Virus record (IMG/VR): IMGVR_UViG_3300020172_002590
Span: 17,458 to 81,457 of that record
Direction: 5' to 3' (one strand)
DNA: 64,000 bases
Source: a virus
Lineage: Duplodnaviria > Caudoviricetes
Position 1 is the stretch's first letter. Each line of letters begins with the position of its first letter. Of this stretch, positions 46,879 through 57,600 are shown piece after piece. The position numbers and the translations under genes are program-made. The notes under the pieces were generated by a model that was given only the letters and a program-made list of their open reading frames with translations, had not been told where the DNA came from and made no database searches.

Positions 46879-46919
46879 AGGGACTCCTTCTCAGTCCCGA
46901 ATATCATACCATAGGATAT

Positions 46920-47363
46920 TTAGATGTTTGGTCTTTTTAATCTATTTTCTATTGGTTTATTTTGAGCATGATTTCTTTTCTTTGTATGAGGTTTTGTTTT
47001 CTTCACAGTGTCCCTCATTTTCTCTTTTCGGCTTGCAGAAGGTTTATGACCTTCCTTATGCACAGCACTATGCTCAGAGTGTGTACAAAGAAAAAGATTA
47101 TCTAATCTATTATCAACTTTTATTTCATTAATATGGTGAACAGTTTCCCAAGGTTCTAGATATCTACCAAGATATTCTTCCATAACAAGGCGATGTTCAT
47201 ATGCGTAACCACGAATATTACGCGGGTGATCAGTCTTAAGGACTCTTACATACCCTTTATCGTCAATATATTTTCCGCCGTTATAGTTGGCGCTATCTTC
47301 ACCAGATGGAAGACTATCTGACCACTTAACATCTTTTCTTTTAGACGCAAGCTCTCTTGGCAT
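46920..47363 (-). CDS. HNH homing endonuclease
   Basis: YEHRLVME..LGR.L...ETVHHINE.K.DNRLDNL. Confidence 0.92.
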   Translation of the reverse strand: MPRELASKRKDVKWSDSLPSGEDSANYNGGKYIDDKGYVRVLKTDHPRNIRGYAYEHRLVMEEYLGRYLEPWETVHHINEIKVDNRLDNLFLCTHSEHSAVHKEGHKPSASRKEKMRDTVKKTKPHTKKRNHAQNKPIENRLKRPNI

Positions 47364-47366
47364 ATT

Positions 47367-48038
47367 TTATGCTTGACCAATCCACTCGCCAATATCTTCA
47401 ATATAAAATTGCATTTTACCAGCAGCCCCAAGAACTGTCCAACCAGATGCATTATTTGAGTTTGATTTGTATCTTTCAAGTTCAACAATATGACTTTCAT
47501 TATTAGCATTAGTTCCTTGGAATACATAAGAGTATGTCCCAGCTCCAAAAACAATATCACTTCTTAAGGTTATATTATTAGCATTAGGAGCCTCTGCATC
47601 TGTATTGGTATACAATCCAGCACCAGACGATAAAACAAATGTGCTAAGAATTGTACCAGTGTTGGCAGTATTTCCAGTTCTAAATCTTATATAGTAAACA
47701 CTGTCTTCACCACCAGAGTCAGCTTGCACAATACCTGGGCAAATAAAAGTTAGTCTATAGTATCTTTGTGAAGACAATGTAACTCTATTATCATAAGCGA
47801 CGTTGCCTTCTGTTTCTTGAGTTAGCGAAATAATTTTAGTATGTTTAAAAATATCACCCGCAACTGAGCCATTTGAAACATTTCCAGTTGCCTCTCTTAT
47901 TTTTAAGATCCCCTTTGGCTTACTGTCATTGACAAGTTTTACTTGATCAATATTTGTAGACATTTGGTTAAGTCTTACACTTGTAATGGGGGTAAGATCT
48001 GACCAAGAGACTGTTGAATAATTTGTATAATCAGGCAT
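47367..48038 (-). CDS. Minor tail or structural protein
   Basis: W...TPITSVRLNQM N-terminus; position in the tail module. Confidence 0.7.
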   Translation of the reverse strand: MPDYTNYSTVSWSDLTPITSVRLNQMSTNIDQVKLVNDSKPKGILKIREATGNVSNGSVAGDIFKHTKIISLTQETEGNVAYDNRVTLSSQRYYRLTFICPGIVQADSGGEDSVYYIRFRTGNTANTGTILSTFVLSSGAGLYTNTDAEAPNANNITLRSDIVFGAGTYSYVFQGTNANNESHIVELERYKSNSNNASGWTVLGAAGKMQFYIEDIGEWIGQA

Positions 48039-48046
48039 ACTATCTA

Positions 48047-49339
48047 TTATACACCTTCAAGAGCCTGTAATCTAGACTCTAAATCATTAATCCTTTGCAA
48101 GAGGGTTTTTATGCCAGCAGCAAGAATTGGAGTTATTTTAGAATAATCTACTTGCTGGTACTTTGGATTGCCATTTTCATCAATAGCATCTTTTTCGCCA
48201 ATGACTGCATACGGTGCAACCTCTTGTAACTCATGGGCAATAAAGCCGTGAGACCATTCTTCAGTATTGCCCCAATTAAAGATTACTGGATTTATATTAT
48301 TTATTAAATCTTCAACATTTGATATTATTTTTATGTTTGATTTAAGCCTATAATCAGAACCACTATTATATGCAACCGTTGTGTTTGACACTGTAATACT
48401 GGCAATTGTGCTACCTTTTCTTCTAAAAGTTAAAACATCCTCAGCTCCGTTACCAGCCGATGTTTCGTTTAATACCAAACAAGAACCAGATCTTGTGAAT
48501 GTAGCAAAACCAGCATTGCTTAACCATCCACCGCTACTGCCTTGTCCACCACTTGACTGATTTGTATCTGTGCCAATACCTGCACTTGTTGTAACCAGTA
48601 ATTGATCAATACTTCCTTCACCAGTAATTGACAGACCAGGAGAGTCAACAGATGTTGATGTAATTTGTGTATTAGTAACAGTTCCACCAATATTACCTGA
48701 GACAGTCATACCATCAGAGTCAATTAAAATATCATAATAATATGATGGGGTAACAAAACCTGCTGGAATATACGAATGTAGATTCATTATTCCATTACTA
48801 TATAATGCCGTATAATTTGCATTCAGCGTTGGGGCTTGTCCTGCATAAATCTTATCTGAGCCTAAAGTCCAGCCGCCAATTGTTCCGCTATTTGATATGA
48901 CAGTACCCCTCATTGTCACATTGCTAAACTCAGCGTTACCATTGCTATATATTGCCCAACCAACACTACCGCTTTGGAATCCATTACTTTTAATAGTATT
49001 ATTAACTAAGATTATATTTGATGAAAGTTCATTCGCAGTAATTGTGCCTGCTGCTATCTCATTTGCTGTAATGGCATTTGCCTGAACTCTAATACCTCTT
49101 GGGTTTAAAACTCTTTCCTCAACTGCACTTACAATAAATGTTTTAAAGCTTATAACATTATTCTCCTCAAATGCTCTTCTTGAAGTGCCAACACTTGCAA
49201 CTGGATAGGTAACAAAATCAAAAATGGAGTATTTAGTATAATCAATTAAATTAGATGTTAAGCCATCATGTCGGTGACCAATATCTCTTTTAAAAATAAC
49301 TTGATTTTCATTTATATTAATTTTTGGGTCAATTGCCAT
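48047..49339 (-). CDS. Tail fibre with C-terminal intramolecular chaperone (peptidase S74)
   Basis: SDYRLKSNI...HGFIAHELQEV...VDYSKITPIL plus coiled coil; TAATG overlap gives the start at 49339. Confidence 0.9.
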   Translation of the reverse strand: MAIDPKININENQVIFKRDIGHRHDGLTSNLIDYTKYSIFDFVTYPVASVGTSRRAFEENNVISFKTFIVSAVEERVLNPRGIRVQANAITANEIAAGTITANELSSNIILVNNTIKSNGFQSGSVGWAIYSNGNAEFSNVTMRGTVISNSGTIGGWTLGSDKIYAGQAPTLNANYTALYSNGIMNLHSYIPAGFVTPSYYYDILIDSDGMTVSGNIGGTVTNTQITSTSVDSPGLSITGEGSIDQLLVTTSAGIGTDTNQSSGGQGSSGGWLSNAGFATFTRSGSCLVLNETSAGNGAEDVLTFRRKGSTIASITVSNTTVAYNSGSDYRLKSNIKIISNVEDLINNINPVIFNWGNTEEWSHGFIAHELQEVAPYAVIGEKDAIDENGNPKYQQVDYSKITPILAAGIKTLLQRINDLESRLQALEGV

Positions 49340-52300
49340 TATGTAACCTTCCTTAATGTAAGAGATTGAGTTAAAGATTCGCCATACCCAAATTCTTGTG
49401 ATATTACCCAATAATCTTGATTTGTAAGATCAAATGAATTAAATGATGTAATTCTAATTCTATCACCTAATTGAATTTTTGGGACACACATTGTATTAAT
49501 TGTTATAATTGGAACAGGATCGCTTACTTTTTCAATTATAAAATCAGCCAATTTTTGAGCATGTTCTTCTGATGTGATATAGGGACTTTCAATAGTTAAT
49601 TCTTTCAAACCATACTTACGGATATTTTCAGAAAGTGAATCTTTTTTTTCAGTAATTTGAGCATTGTTCAAAGTAGCAATAACTGGGTTTCCACGAATTT
49701 CAAAAGAAGATATAATTTCGGTTCTTGGGTCTTCTCCCTGCACATAGATATGATTGTCATAATCAACATTTGCTGATGCTGAGAAGATCAATCTAGCTGT
49801 ATACGGACCGCTTTCAAATTTAATTATGTCAACAGTATTTGGTTCATCATAAACAATTCCGGTTGATATAGGATACTTAACCGCAATTGCTGGCTTTTTA
49901 TCATATGTAACTTCATATGATCTAGCCTCTCTTATTTTTGTATTGGCAGCAACATTGCCAAGAATTGGAGTCCCGAACTTCCCTCTTTCCACATTTAAAA
50001 AATAATTATCAGATTTAGAACGATATCTAACAATTTCAGTTTGTCCAGCGCTAGTAAAAGCTAAATAACCAACATTAGGAAATACTGGGCTTGTCGTTGA
50101 AGAAACATGGATTCCATCATGCGATGAGAATATTGGTGATATTAATTTAACAACTCCAAGTGTTGTTTTGTCTTCTACTGCCCATAAAACTTCTGGGAAA
50201 AGTGTAACTTTTGTAACTGCTGATATCTTTACAACAACTTTATTTGTTTGCAATTGAACATTCAAACTGCCATCGATAATATTTGTTGTATCACTAAAGC
50301 TATATTGAATATTTGAATGTTGATCTATTGAAGATTCAAAAAATCTATTATAATGTTCATACCTAGCAAACCCTTCTTCATCTATATAAAATCTTCCTAA
50401 ATCAGCCAGTGTAATTTCATCAATAGCACCTCGTAGATTTTCCTGTTCTGAATAGACATATGGGAAAATTGCGATGTAATCAATTTGTGAAGATATATAT
50501 CTATTTTTAACTTCTTGTGATGTTAGACACTTCTTGTATATTGCAAATTCATCAATAATCAATTCTCTTGCTGTTGATGGAGCTTGCTCTGCACCAGATG
50601 CAACATTGTAATAAGAACCCCTTCCGCCAACTGTGATATCAGATTGACTTAAGACAACATTCCCATTTACTGTACTTGTATTTTTTAAATCACCATTTAT
50701 ATAATACGATAACAAATTACTTGCAGAATCGTAACTTACCAAGATGTGGTAAAATTCAGATTGTAAAAGGTCAGTTGTATCAGAAACAGATGCTGTTGTC
50801 GTTGTTGGTCCTGTTGTTTTAATTTTAAAACCATGACTTGATGTATCATTATAATAGAATTCAAAACCATTATTTGGATTATTATTAGCCCAGCAAGAAA
50901 GATATTCTCCATCACCAGTGGAAAAATGTCCATCATTAAATTTAGCTATTAATTCAATAGTAAAATCTTCTTCTGTAACTGCAATTGATTCATGATTTGG
51001 AATTCTTATGTATGCACTATTTGTTAATAATATGCCAGTATTATCGTTATCAGATACCAATCCAGTTGCATAACTTAATTGAGCATTACTATGAATAAAG
51101 GCATCATTTTGATGATGATTTAAACTAATATCATTTATAGCGTATGTAGTTGGCACAATTCCAGTTAAATTTCTTGATCCAAGACCATCTCTTGCGACAA
51201 CTGAACGGAATTGCGCTGCATTCAGTAATGTTTTTGTTGAAGATATATAGGAATGCAAACTCATTGAAAAATTTGCATTTCCTGGACCATGAAAGAAATC
51301 GATTCTTATCTTATAAGGAACGCCAGCAGTTAAGTTTTGACTAATTGTTGTCAAAGATACAGATGAATTTTCCCCATAGGATTCAGCCAGTAGAATATCG
51401 TCTATGTAAATACGACCTCCACCATTTGAAATATCAAGAATAAGACTTTGTGAGCCTGATGTTTTGGGGAAATAATACCCGTCTACGACTCCGTTAAAAT
51501 ACTTTGTATATGTAACAGAGTTTACATTTCCCAAGAATGAAAAATTAGACAAATTTAGAGCATTTGCATTTGAAACAGATATTTCTGTTGATATTCTAGT
51601 TGAGTCTGGGACTGCATAGACAGCTTCTCCTTTTATTCTTTCTTCAACTGATATATTCTTTTCTAGAATATCTGCTTTAATTGTTTTATAGTCGGCTTCA
51701 AAACCTGGTCTCATACCCCAGAATCTGCATCTTAATCCTGGATTAAGAGTTGTCAGCACTCCATTTTTATCAATAGCATCTTCACTAAAAGAATACCTAA
51801 CAACCCCGCCAAGTTGGGAAATCCCCTTGCTGTACGGAAGATTATGTGAATAGTCTGCTTTTGGAAAGTTTCTTCTCAAAACAAGATTTTGGACAGCCTC
51901 ACTCATTGTTTTATTTTCAACTAGGAAACCATTTGTTAATTTTGTTTCAGATAAAAATTTTGACCAATCAGATCCTGTTACAGATACGGTCATATCGCCA
52001 GTTGAGGTTGTCCATTCATCTACATAAAATGTACCCATAGATACATATTCATAGGGATCAAATTGAACAATAGAGCCAGCTGTATGAGAATTTGCGTCAG
52101 TTTGCTGAATTCCTCTTTCTGAGAGACTGATTGTATTAGTTGATGTTACAGCATTGCATAATATAATTTCTCTATTTTCTTTATTTGGATTTAGTGTAAC
52201 AATAAAATTATTATTTACTCCGCCAGTTGGAAAAATATCAGAATTAATAACGGACATGGTATTTGCAGAGTTGCTTAGATTTGATCTAAGAGTAGTTGTA

Positions 52301-53253
52301 GATACTGTATCGTTTGTTTTTTTAATTCTCCAACCAGTTGATATAGTCAACTTTAAATCTTTTTTCATATATTTACCATAAGTTGAAGATGTGTTAAAAA
52401 CATTCCAATCTTTATTGGTATTATCAAGCTTTAATGTTAACTTAGGTGTTTGTGTACCACCTATTGGCAAGCTGCTTTCATGAATATCTCTAGCTCTTGA
52501 AACACTATAATCAATTACATAATCAGTTATATCTACTTCATATATTGGAGATATTTCATGTATTCTTGCACAATCTAATCCGTTTTTTGTAGAAAGAATT
52601 GTTAATTCAATTCTTTTTGCTAAAAAGTTAGATGAAATAGCGTTATTGCTATTTAAATATATGTCCTTATAATAATCATCATCTCCAAAAACAACAGTTT
52701 GATCAAGGAGGTCAATTAAAGAAGCGTCTTTGACTTTGATTCTAAAAGACTTTACCTGACCATAGAATTCAGATGTTGTTACTCTAATTTTGTTAACTTT
52801 TCTTTCTTCAAAAGCAACGGTTACAACTGGCGATGACGCAAAAACACCGTTTGCTTGACTTCTTGTTTTTGACCACCATCCAAACTCAAAATCACCGTCT
52901 AATTTATTATCTTCATCAAGAGTTGTTGGCATACAGTGCCAACTGCCATCAGCAGTAATAATCTTCCCATTTTTATCTAAAGAGTCAGTTACTGCCCAAG
53001 TAAAAGATTCTCTTTCATATCCATTAATTATTTGTCTTTCTGAAAAGTAGTAGCCAACGGAGCCTTCAGATTTTACAACATGAGCATCAGTATTAGTAAT
53101 ATTTGCATTACCTGTTAAAACATTTTCTAATACTAAATGACGACTATCAAGAAGATCTATAAGAACTTTTGGCTTTACATTTTGAGCAGGCGATTGTATA
53201 GCATTATTAAAGTTACTGGACAGGGTTGTGCCATATATACTTTTTGTTAACAT
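49339..53253 (-). CDS. Large minor tail/hub protein with PA14-like and LamG (ConA-like) domains
   Basis: GRIYIDD...LTAGVPYKIRIDFF (PA14-like); FYHILVSYD...YYINGDL...IDEFAIY (LamG); IQLGDRIRI C-terminus. Confidence 0.8.
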   Translation of the reverse strand: MLTKSIYGTTLSSNFNNAIQSPAQNVKPKVLIDLLDSRHLVLENVLTGNANITNTDAHVVKSEGSVGYYFSERQIINGYERESFTWAVTDSLDKNGKIITADGSWHCMPTTLDEDNKLDGDFEFGWWSKTRSQANGVFASSPVVTVAFEERKVNKIRVTTSEFYGQVKSFRIKVKDASLIDLLDQTVVFGDDDYYKDIYLNSNNAISSNFLAKRIELTILSTKNGLDCARIHEISPIYEVDITDYVIDYSVSRARDIHESSLPIGGTQTPKLTLKLDNTNKDWNVFNTSSTYGKYMKKDLKLTISTGWRIKKTNDTVSTTTLRSNLSNSANTMSVINSDIFPTGGVNNNFIVTLNPNKENREIILCNAVTSTNTISLSERGIQQTDANSHTAGSIVQFDPYEYVSMGTFYVDEWTTSTGDMTVSVTGSDWSKFLSETKLTNGFLVENKTMSEAVQNLVLRRNFPKADYSHNLPYSKGISQLGGVVRYSFSEDAIDKNGVLTTLNPGLRCRFWGMRPGFEADYKTIKADILEKNISVEERIKGEAVYAVPDSTRISTEISVSNANALNLSNFSFLGNVNSVTYTKYFNGVVDGYYFPKTSGSQSLILDISNGGGRIYIDDILLAESYGENSSVSLTTISQNLTAGVPYKIRIDFFHGPGNANFSMSLHSYISSTKTLLNAAQFRSVVARDGLGSRNLTGIVPTTYAINDISLNHHQNDAFIHSNAQLSYATGLVSDNDNTGILLTNSAYIRIPNHESIAVTEEDFTIELIAKFNDGHFSTGDGEYLSCWANNNPNNGFEFYYNDTSSHGFKIKTTGPTTTTASVSDTTDLLQSEFYHILVSYDSASNLLSYYINGDLKNTSTVNGNVVLSQSDITVGGRGSYYNVASGAEQAPSTARELIIDEFAIYKKCLTSQEVKNRYISSQIDYIAIFPYVYSEQENLRGAIDEITLADLGRFYIDEEGFARYEHYNRFFESSIDQHSNIQYSFSDTTNIIDGSLNVQLQTNKVVVKISAVTKVTLFPEVLWAVEDKTTLGVVKLISPIFSSHDGIHVSSTTSPVFPNVGYLAFTSAGQTEIVRYRSKSDNYFLNVERGKFGTPILGNVAANTKIREARSYEVTYDKKPAIAVKYPISTGIVYDEPNTVDIIKFESGPYTARLIFSASANVDYDNHIYVQGEDPRTEIISSFEIRGNPVIATLNNAQITEKKDSLSENIRKYGLKELTIESPYITSEEHAQKLADFIIEKVSDPVPIITINTMCVPKIQLGDRIRITSFNSFDLTNQDYWVISQEFGYGESLTQSLTLRKVT

Positions 53254-54248
53254 TAGACCTCTTCCAAACTTAAATTACACTCATACAAGTATACATCTTC
53301 TGAGATGTATCTTCTAGTCAAAGTTTCACTATAATCTCTTACAAATACTGTATATGTAGATTCCGTATATGGGGTTGTCCCCGACTCATTTTGATTTATA
53401 ATTTTCAACTCATGAGCATCTGGGTCTTCAGCAATGGAATGAAGGAAGTCTCTTCCATGTCTTGAATCAACAGTGTCTTCCATTGCGTTTGGCAAATCAG
53501 TCCAAGCAATTGTGAATTGTTTCCTGCCCGAAGTTGATTCTCTTTTATAATATCTATTTTTTTTATTATTCCAATTAACTGTTTCAACAAAATTTGGAAC
53601 TAAAGATATATCAAGTTTTCTTTGATGATTTGTTAAAGGCTTACCATCTAATATCAATAATGTTCTTATAGAGGTTTCATCAATATATGATGGAGAAAAT
53701 CTAATTGGTGGATTTATTATTGTTCTAGACAATATTGAAAATTGATGCCTTAGTGCTCTAACAGGAGTTGAACCGCCAGGAAAAGATGTTGTTACAGACA
53801 AACTAGATGTAGAAGATGCTTGAGCAATTTTTATTAAGTTAAAAATTCCAGATAGATTAATTGAAATATTAGAATTAGTTTCTGTAATCTTTCTTGCAGA
53901 ACAAGAAATGCTTGACTCAATTGAGACAGAACTTGATGCAAAAGATGTTTTTGATGATGAAATAGATATAGAAGATTCAATTCGGACAATTGCAAGTGGA
54001 ATATATATATCTGCCAATACTGATTCAGTTATTAATTCTATTACAACTTCAGAAGAAGCATTTGTTACCTTGGTAGCAGAAAATGAATTACTTGATTCAA
54101 TTGAGATTGAAGATGAAACATTAATAATTTTTGTTGCAGATGCCGTAACTTCTGTATTAATAAAGGAATTAATATGAATTATTTCAGCACCAATATAAAA
54201 ATCTATATCGCTAAGTTTTGGACCTATTTCATAATATTCTTCGGTCAT
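53253..54248 (-). CDS. Tail protein: Ser/Ile-rich 20-aa repeats plus distal-tail-like domain
   Basis: C-terminus paralogous to 54248-54667. Confidence 0.75.
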   Translation of the reverse strand: MTEEYYEIGPKLSDIDFYIGAEIIHINSFINTEVTASATKIINVSSSISIESSNSFSATKVTNASSEVVIELITESVLADIYIPLAIVRIESSISISSSKTSFASSSVSIESSISCSARKITETNSNISINLSGIFNLIKIAQASSTSSLSVTTSFPGGSTPVRALRHQFSILSRTIINPPIRFSPSYIDETSIRTLLILDGKPLTNHQRKLDISLVPNFVETVNWNNKKNRYYKRESTSGRKQFTIAWTDLPNAMEDTVDSRHGRDFLHSIAEDPDAHELKIINQNESGTTPYTESTYTVFVRDYSETLTRRYISEDVYLYECNLSLEEV

Positions 54249-54667
54249 TATTGCTCACCAAGACCTATTGTAACATCATAGTAAGCACAAGCATTACCAA
54301 TATCCCTTCTAACCAGTTTTTCTGTATAAGAATTAACAAAACATGTATAAGTTTCAAATTCATCCGTTGGCGACATTTTTATAGATATAGTTACTGTACC
54401 TCTGGTGTTAGATATAGAATTAAGGTAGTCTCTTCCTTTTCTGCCATCAACAGTTTTATCAACAGTATTTGGAAGATATGTAAAAGTTAGGTTGAAGTCT
54501 TTTTTATTTTTTCTAATGTATCTTCTAAAAACTCCCCTTCCTAGTTCAACATCCGTTCCTGATTGCACAATAGTCATTGAAAATTTTCTATTATGTTCTG
54601 TTATTTCTTCACCGTTGATTGTAATAAGGTGTGTTAAACCTGTTTGCTGGTTCTGTATTGCTGGCAT
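54248..54667 (-). CDS. Distal tail (Dit)-like protein
   Basis: Directly downstream of the tape measure; beta-rich, 139 aa. Confidence 0.7.
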   Translation of the reverse strand: MPAIQNQQTGLTHLITINGEEITEHNRKFSMTIVQSGTDVELGRGVFRRYIRKNKKDFNLTFTYLPNTVDKTVDGRKGRDYLNSISNTRGTVTISIKMSPTDEFETYTCFVNSYTEKLVRRDIGNACAYYDVTIGLGEQ

Positions 54668-57600
54668 TATAGACCTCTATTAATTCCTCTATAGGTTGAG
54701 ATAGTTGTATTATTCAACCCAGCAGCCTTTTGGTTTTGCGGGGCTACATTAATATTATAGTCTTTCATCATTGACTCAAACCACTGCTTTTCACCAATAA
54801 AGTTATCAACATAAATATGAACAGTTGAAGTAGAAGATGTTTGTGGCTGTACAGGGCCAGCATATGATGGAGATTTTGGAGTATTAAATCTCATATCGTT
54901 AATTGCTTGAAGGGCAGCAATTCCAAGATTTTTTACAGCATTAGAATTTACAACATATTCTCCACCGTGAAGCATTGCTGGAACGCCTTGTGAAGCGAAT
55001 GCATTAACAAATCCACCATTTGCATAACCACCAATTCGATTTGTAATAGAAGATTTTGACTCCCCGGTTACGCCTCTTGCGTTTTCCATAATTCTTCTTA
55101 ACATTAAATGAGTTCTTGTTCTAACATTTGCATCTCTAAAAACATTTCCCTCACCTAAAGTATCTCCCATCATTGAAGTATAACGATTAAGATATGGACC
55201 CAAGTTAAAATCTATATCATTCAAGTTAGTAGGATTATGTTCTCCACCGAAAAGCTCAAGGAATCTTACATTGGGGTCTAATTTTTGAAAAATTTCTTTC
55301 AATTTAATTACTAAAGCTTCAGAATGAACAGAAGTGCTTCCAGGATAGATTGTATCAATATTATTTGGAACCATTATGTCTGAGTAGACATAAGAAAGCA
55401 TTTTCATTACATCAATTGCAGAACCAAAAGAGTTTCCTCTTTGCAGAACGCCAACACTAAGAGTTTTGTATTCTGGATCAATATAAAATGAAAAATCAGA
55501 TGTGTTACCATAACTTCCATCCGAAAGTGGTTGCCAAGTCTTTATCTCGTAACGATTACCCCTTGCACCACCTTTCTCTACATTTAAAATCATTTTATCC
55601 ATGAGTGCTTTATATTCTTCTCTGCTTGATAAAACCCCTTTCATTCTTGCCATTCTAATTGATCTAGATATATGTATGTTTTTTAAAACTCTTTCTCTCA
55701 TTTGGGCTTGTATCTGTCGTTGGCTAATATAAGATGTATATTTAACCATATCAGTAGGAAGTTTTCTATTAACTACTCTACCCGTATATAAAGCATCCAT
55801 AAATCTATCAAAGTCTGAGTACCCATACATACTAGGAAAACTATCATCTATACGAGAAGGAATCTGTGCTAGACTAAATGCATTTTTAATTTGTTCATCA
55901 GAAAAACGCCCAGATGAACGAGCTATACGCCAGAAATCACTTACTGGCAATGATGCTTCTCTGAACGCTGAACTTCCAGGCTGGACAATAGGCATTCCCA
56001 ATGTCCTATACCACATTCTATTAGCTATATCACGGGTTGAATAACTACGATAAGGATCTGTATAAATGCCATAGAATCTTTGGTGTATTGCATGAGCCCT
56101 ACTGCGTATATTCTGCACATGACGAGAATCAAAACTATATGGCAGTGTTTCTCTACGCAGAACATCTCCTGAGTCAGATGCTGTTGCACCGATAAGATTC
56201 AAAATTCTTCCAGTTTCTTGAGATAATGTTGGTCTCAAACCTGCTGGCATTGGAATTCTTGTTCCTGGGAAGAACTGTTCAATATTAGACGCTTCTTGAA
56301 TTGTTTTTTGCAAATTTGAGACACCCTTTATCCCCTTACCAGCACCACCCATATATCCAGCGTTTTTATCAAAAATTGTTGGATTACCTGCAATTGCTGC
56401 ATAGGAGGCAAGACCCCATCCTAAACGGCTAAGATTACTTCTATTCTTATCAGCTGCATTAGCTGCAGACATTATTCCACCACTTGGAGTAAAGTCCATC
56501 CCAGTTCTAATCATGCTCATGCCCTGTCTTAGAGCTTCATTAGCATAAATAGAGCCAGGGGGCGCTTCATAATCTGATATACCACGGGGATTAAAAACAC
56601 TTGCGTTTTTTGTTGCCTCTGCAAAACCTTTGAAATTATCGGTATATGAACCACTTGTGCCAGTTCCTTGACCATACATTGCGCCAAACATTTCTTTTTG
56701 TAATCTATTCTTAACCGCCCTAAATGGAGAAGTAACAGCAGAAGTGAATTTACCCCAAAGACTCTTTTTCTTCTTTTTTACTTCTTCAGTTGCCTTACTT
56801 GTAATTCTTTGAATCTCCCAACCGTCAATAGCATCAGCCATTCTGAACTGTCCAGCAGATGTTTTATTACCTTTAACTAAACCGCCTTTTTCAAAACTTT
56901 GGATAAGACCGCCATTAAACATTTGATCAAGAGGTATTCTTTGAGCAACGCCTGGCACTGATTGTGGCCAAGGACTTGAAGAAATAATGGAAGGTAATTC
57001 TGGATTTGGCATTCTTCTAAACAATTCTAAAAGTGTTTCAATAGGATCTTGAGCATAATTTCCACTTCCTACATTTGGATACATAAATCTAGAATTAGCT
57101 ATATTCCAATAATCACGACGAAGTGCTGGATTTAATAGAGTAGCTGATGGCATTCCAATACCAAATGGCCCATACGGAGAAAAATCTGGATTCAGTTGAC
57201 CTCTTATAAAACCCATTAAGTCATTAAGTTGTCGGATATAATATTGCCCCGCTACTTGTGCCATCTCAAGTTCATCTGGAGAATAGATTTTTTGCCCTTT
57301 CTTTTTAGACCTTGATCTTGCTTTGACTATTTCTTTAACAGATGCTTTTGTTTTTATTGACTTAATAGGGTCTTTAAGCATATTTAATTCATTAAAGTTT
57401 TCAAGAGCTTGTTGCTCTGTAGGAAAATAACTTCTACCTATGCTAGGTTGAAAATCAATGCTGTTAGGTCTCCAGTCAAATATGCTAGGTGTAGCAACTT
57501 CAATTCGGGGATCTAACTCTGCCATCATGTCACTAAGTTGTCTTGATAGCGCATAAGAGTACTTAGAATAAGAACCATTAGTTATTCTTGTAACATTGTT

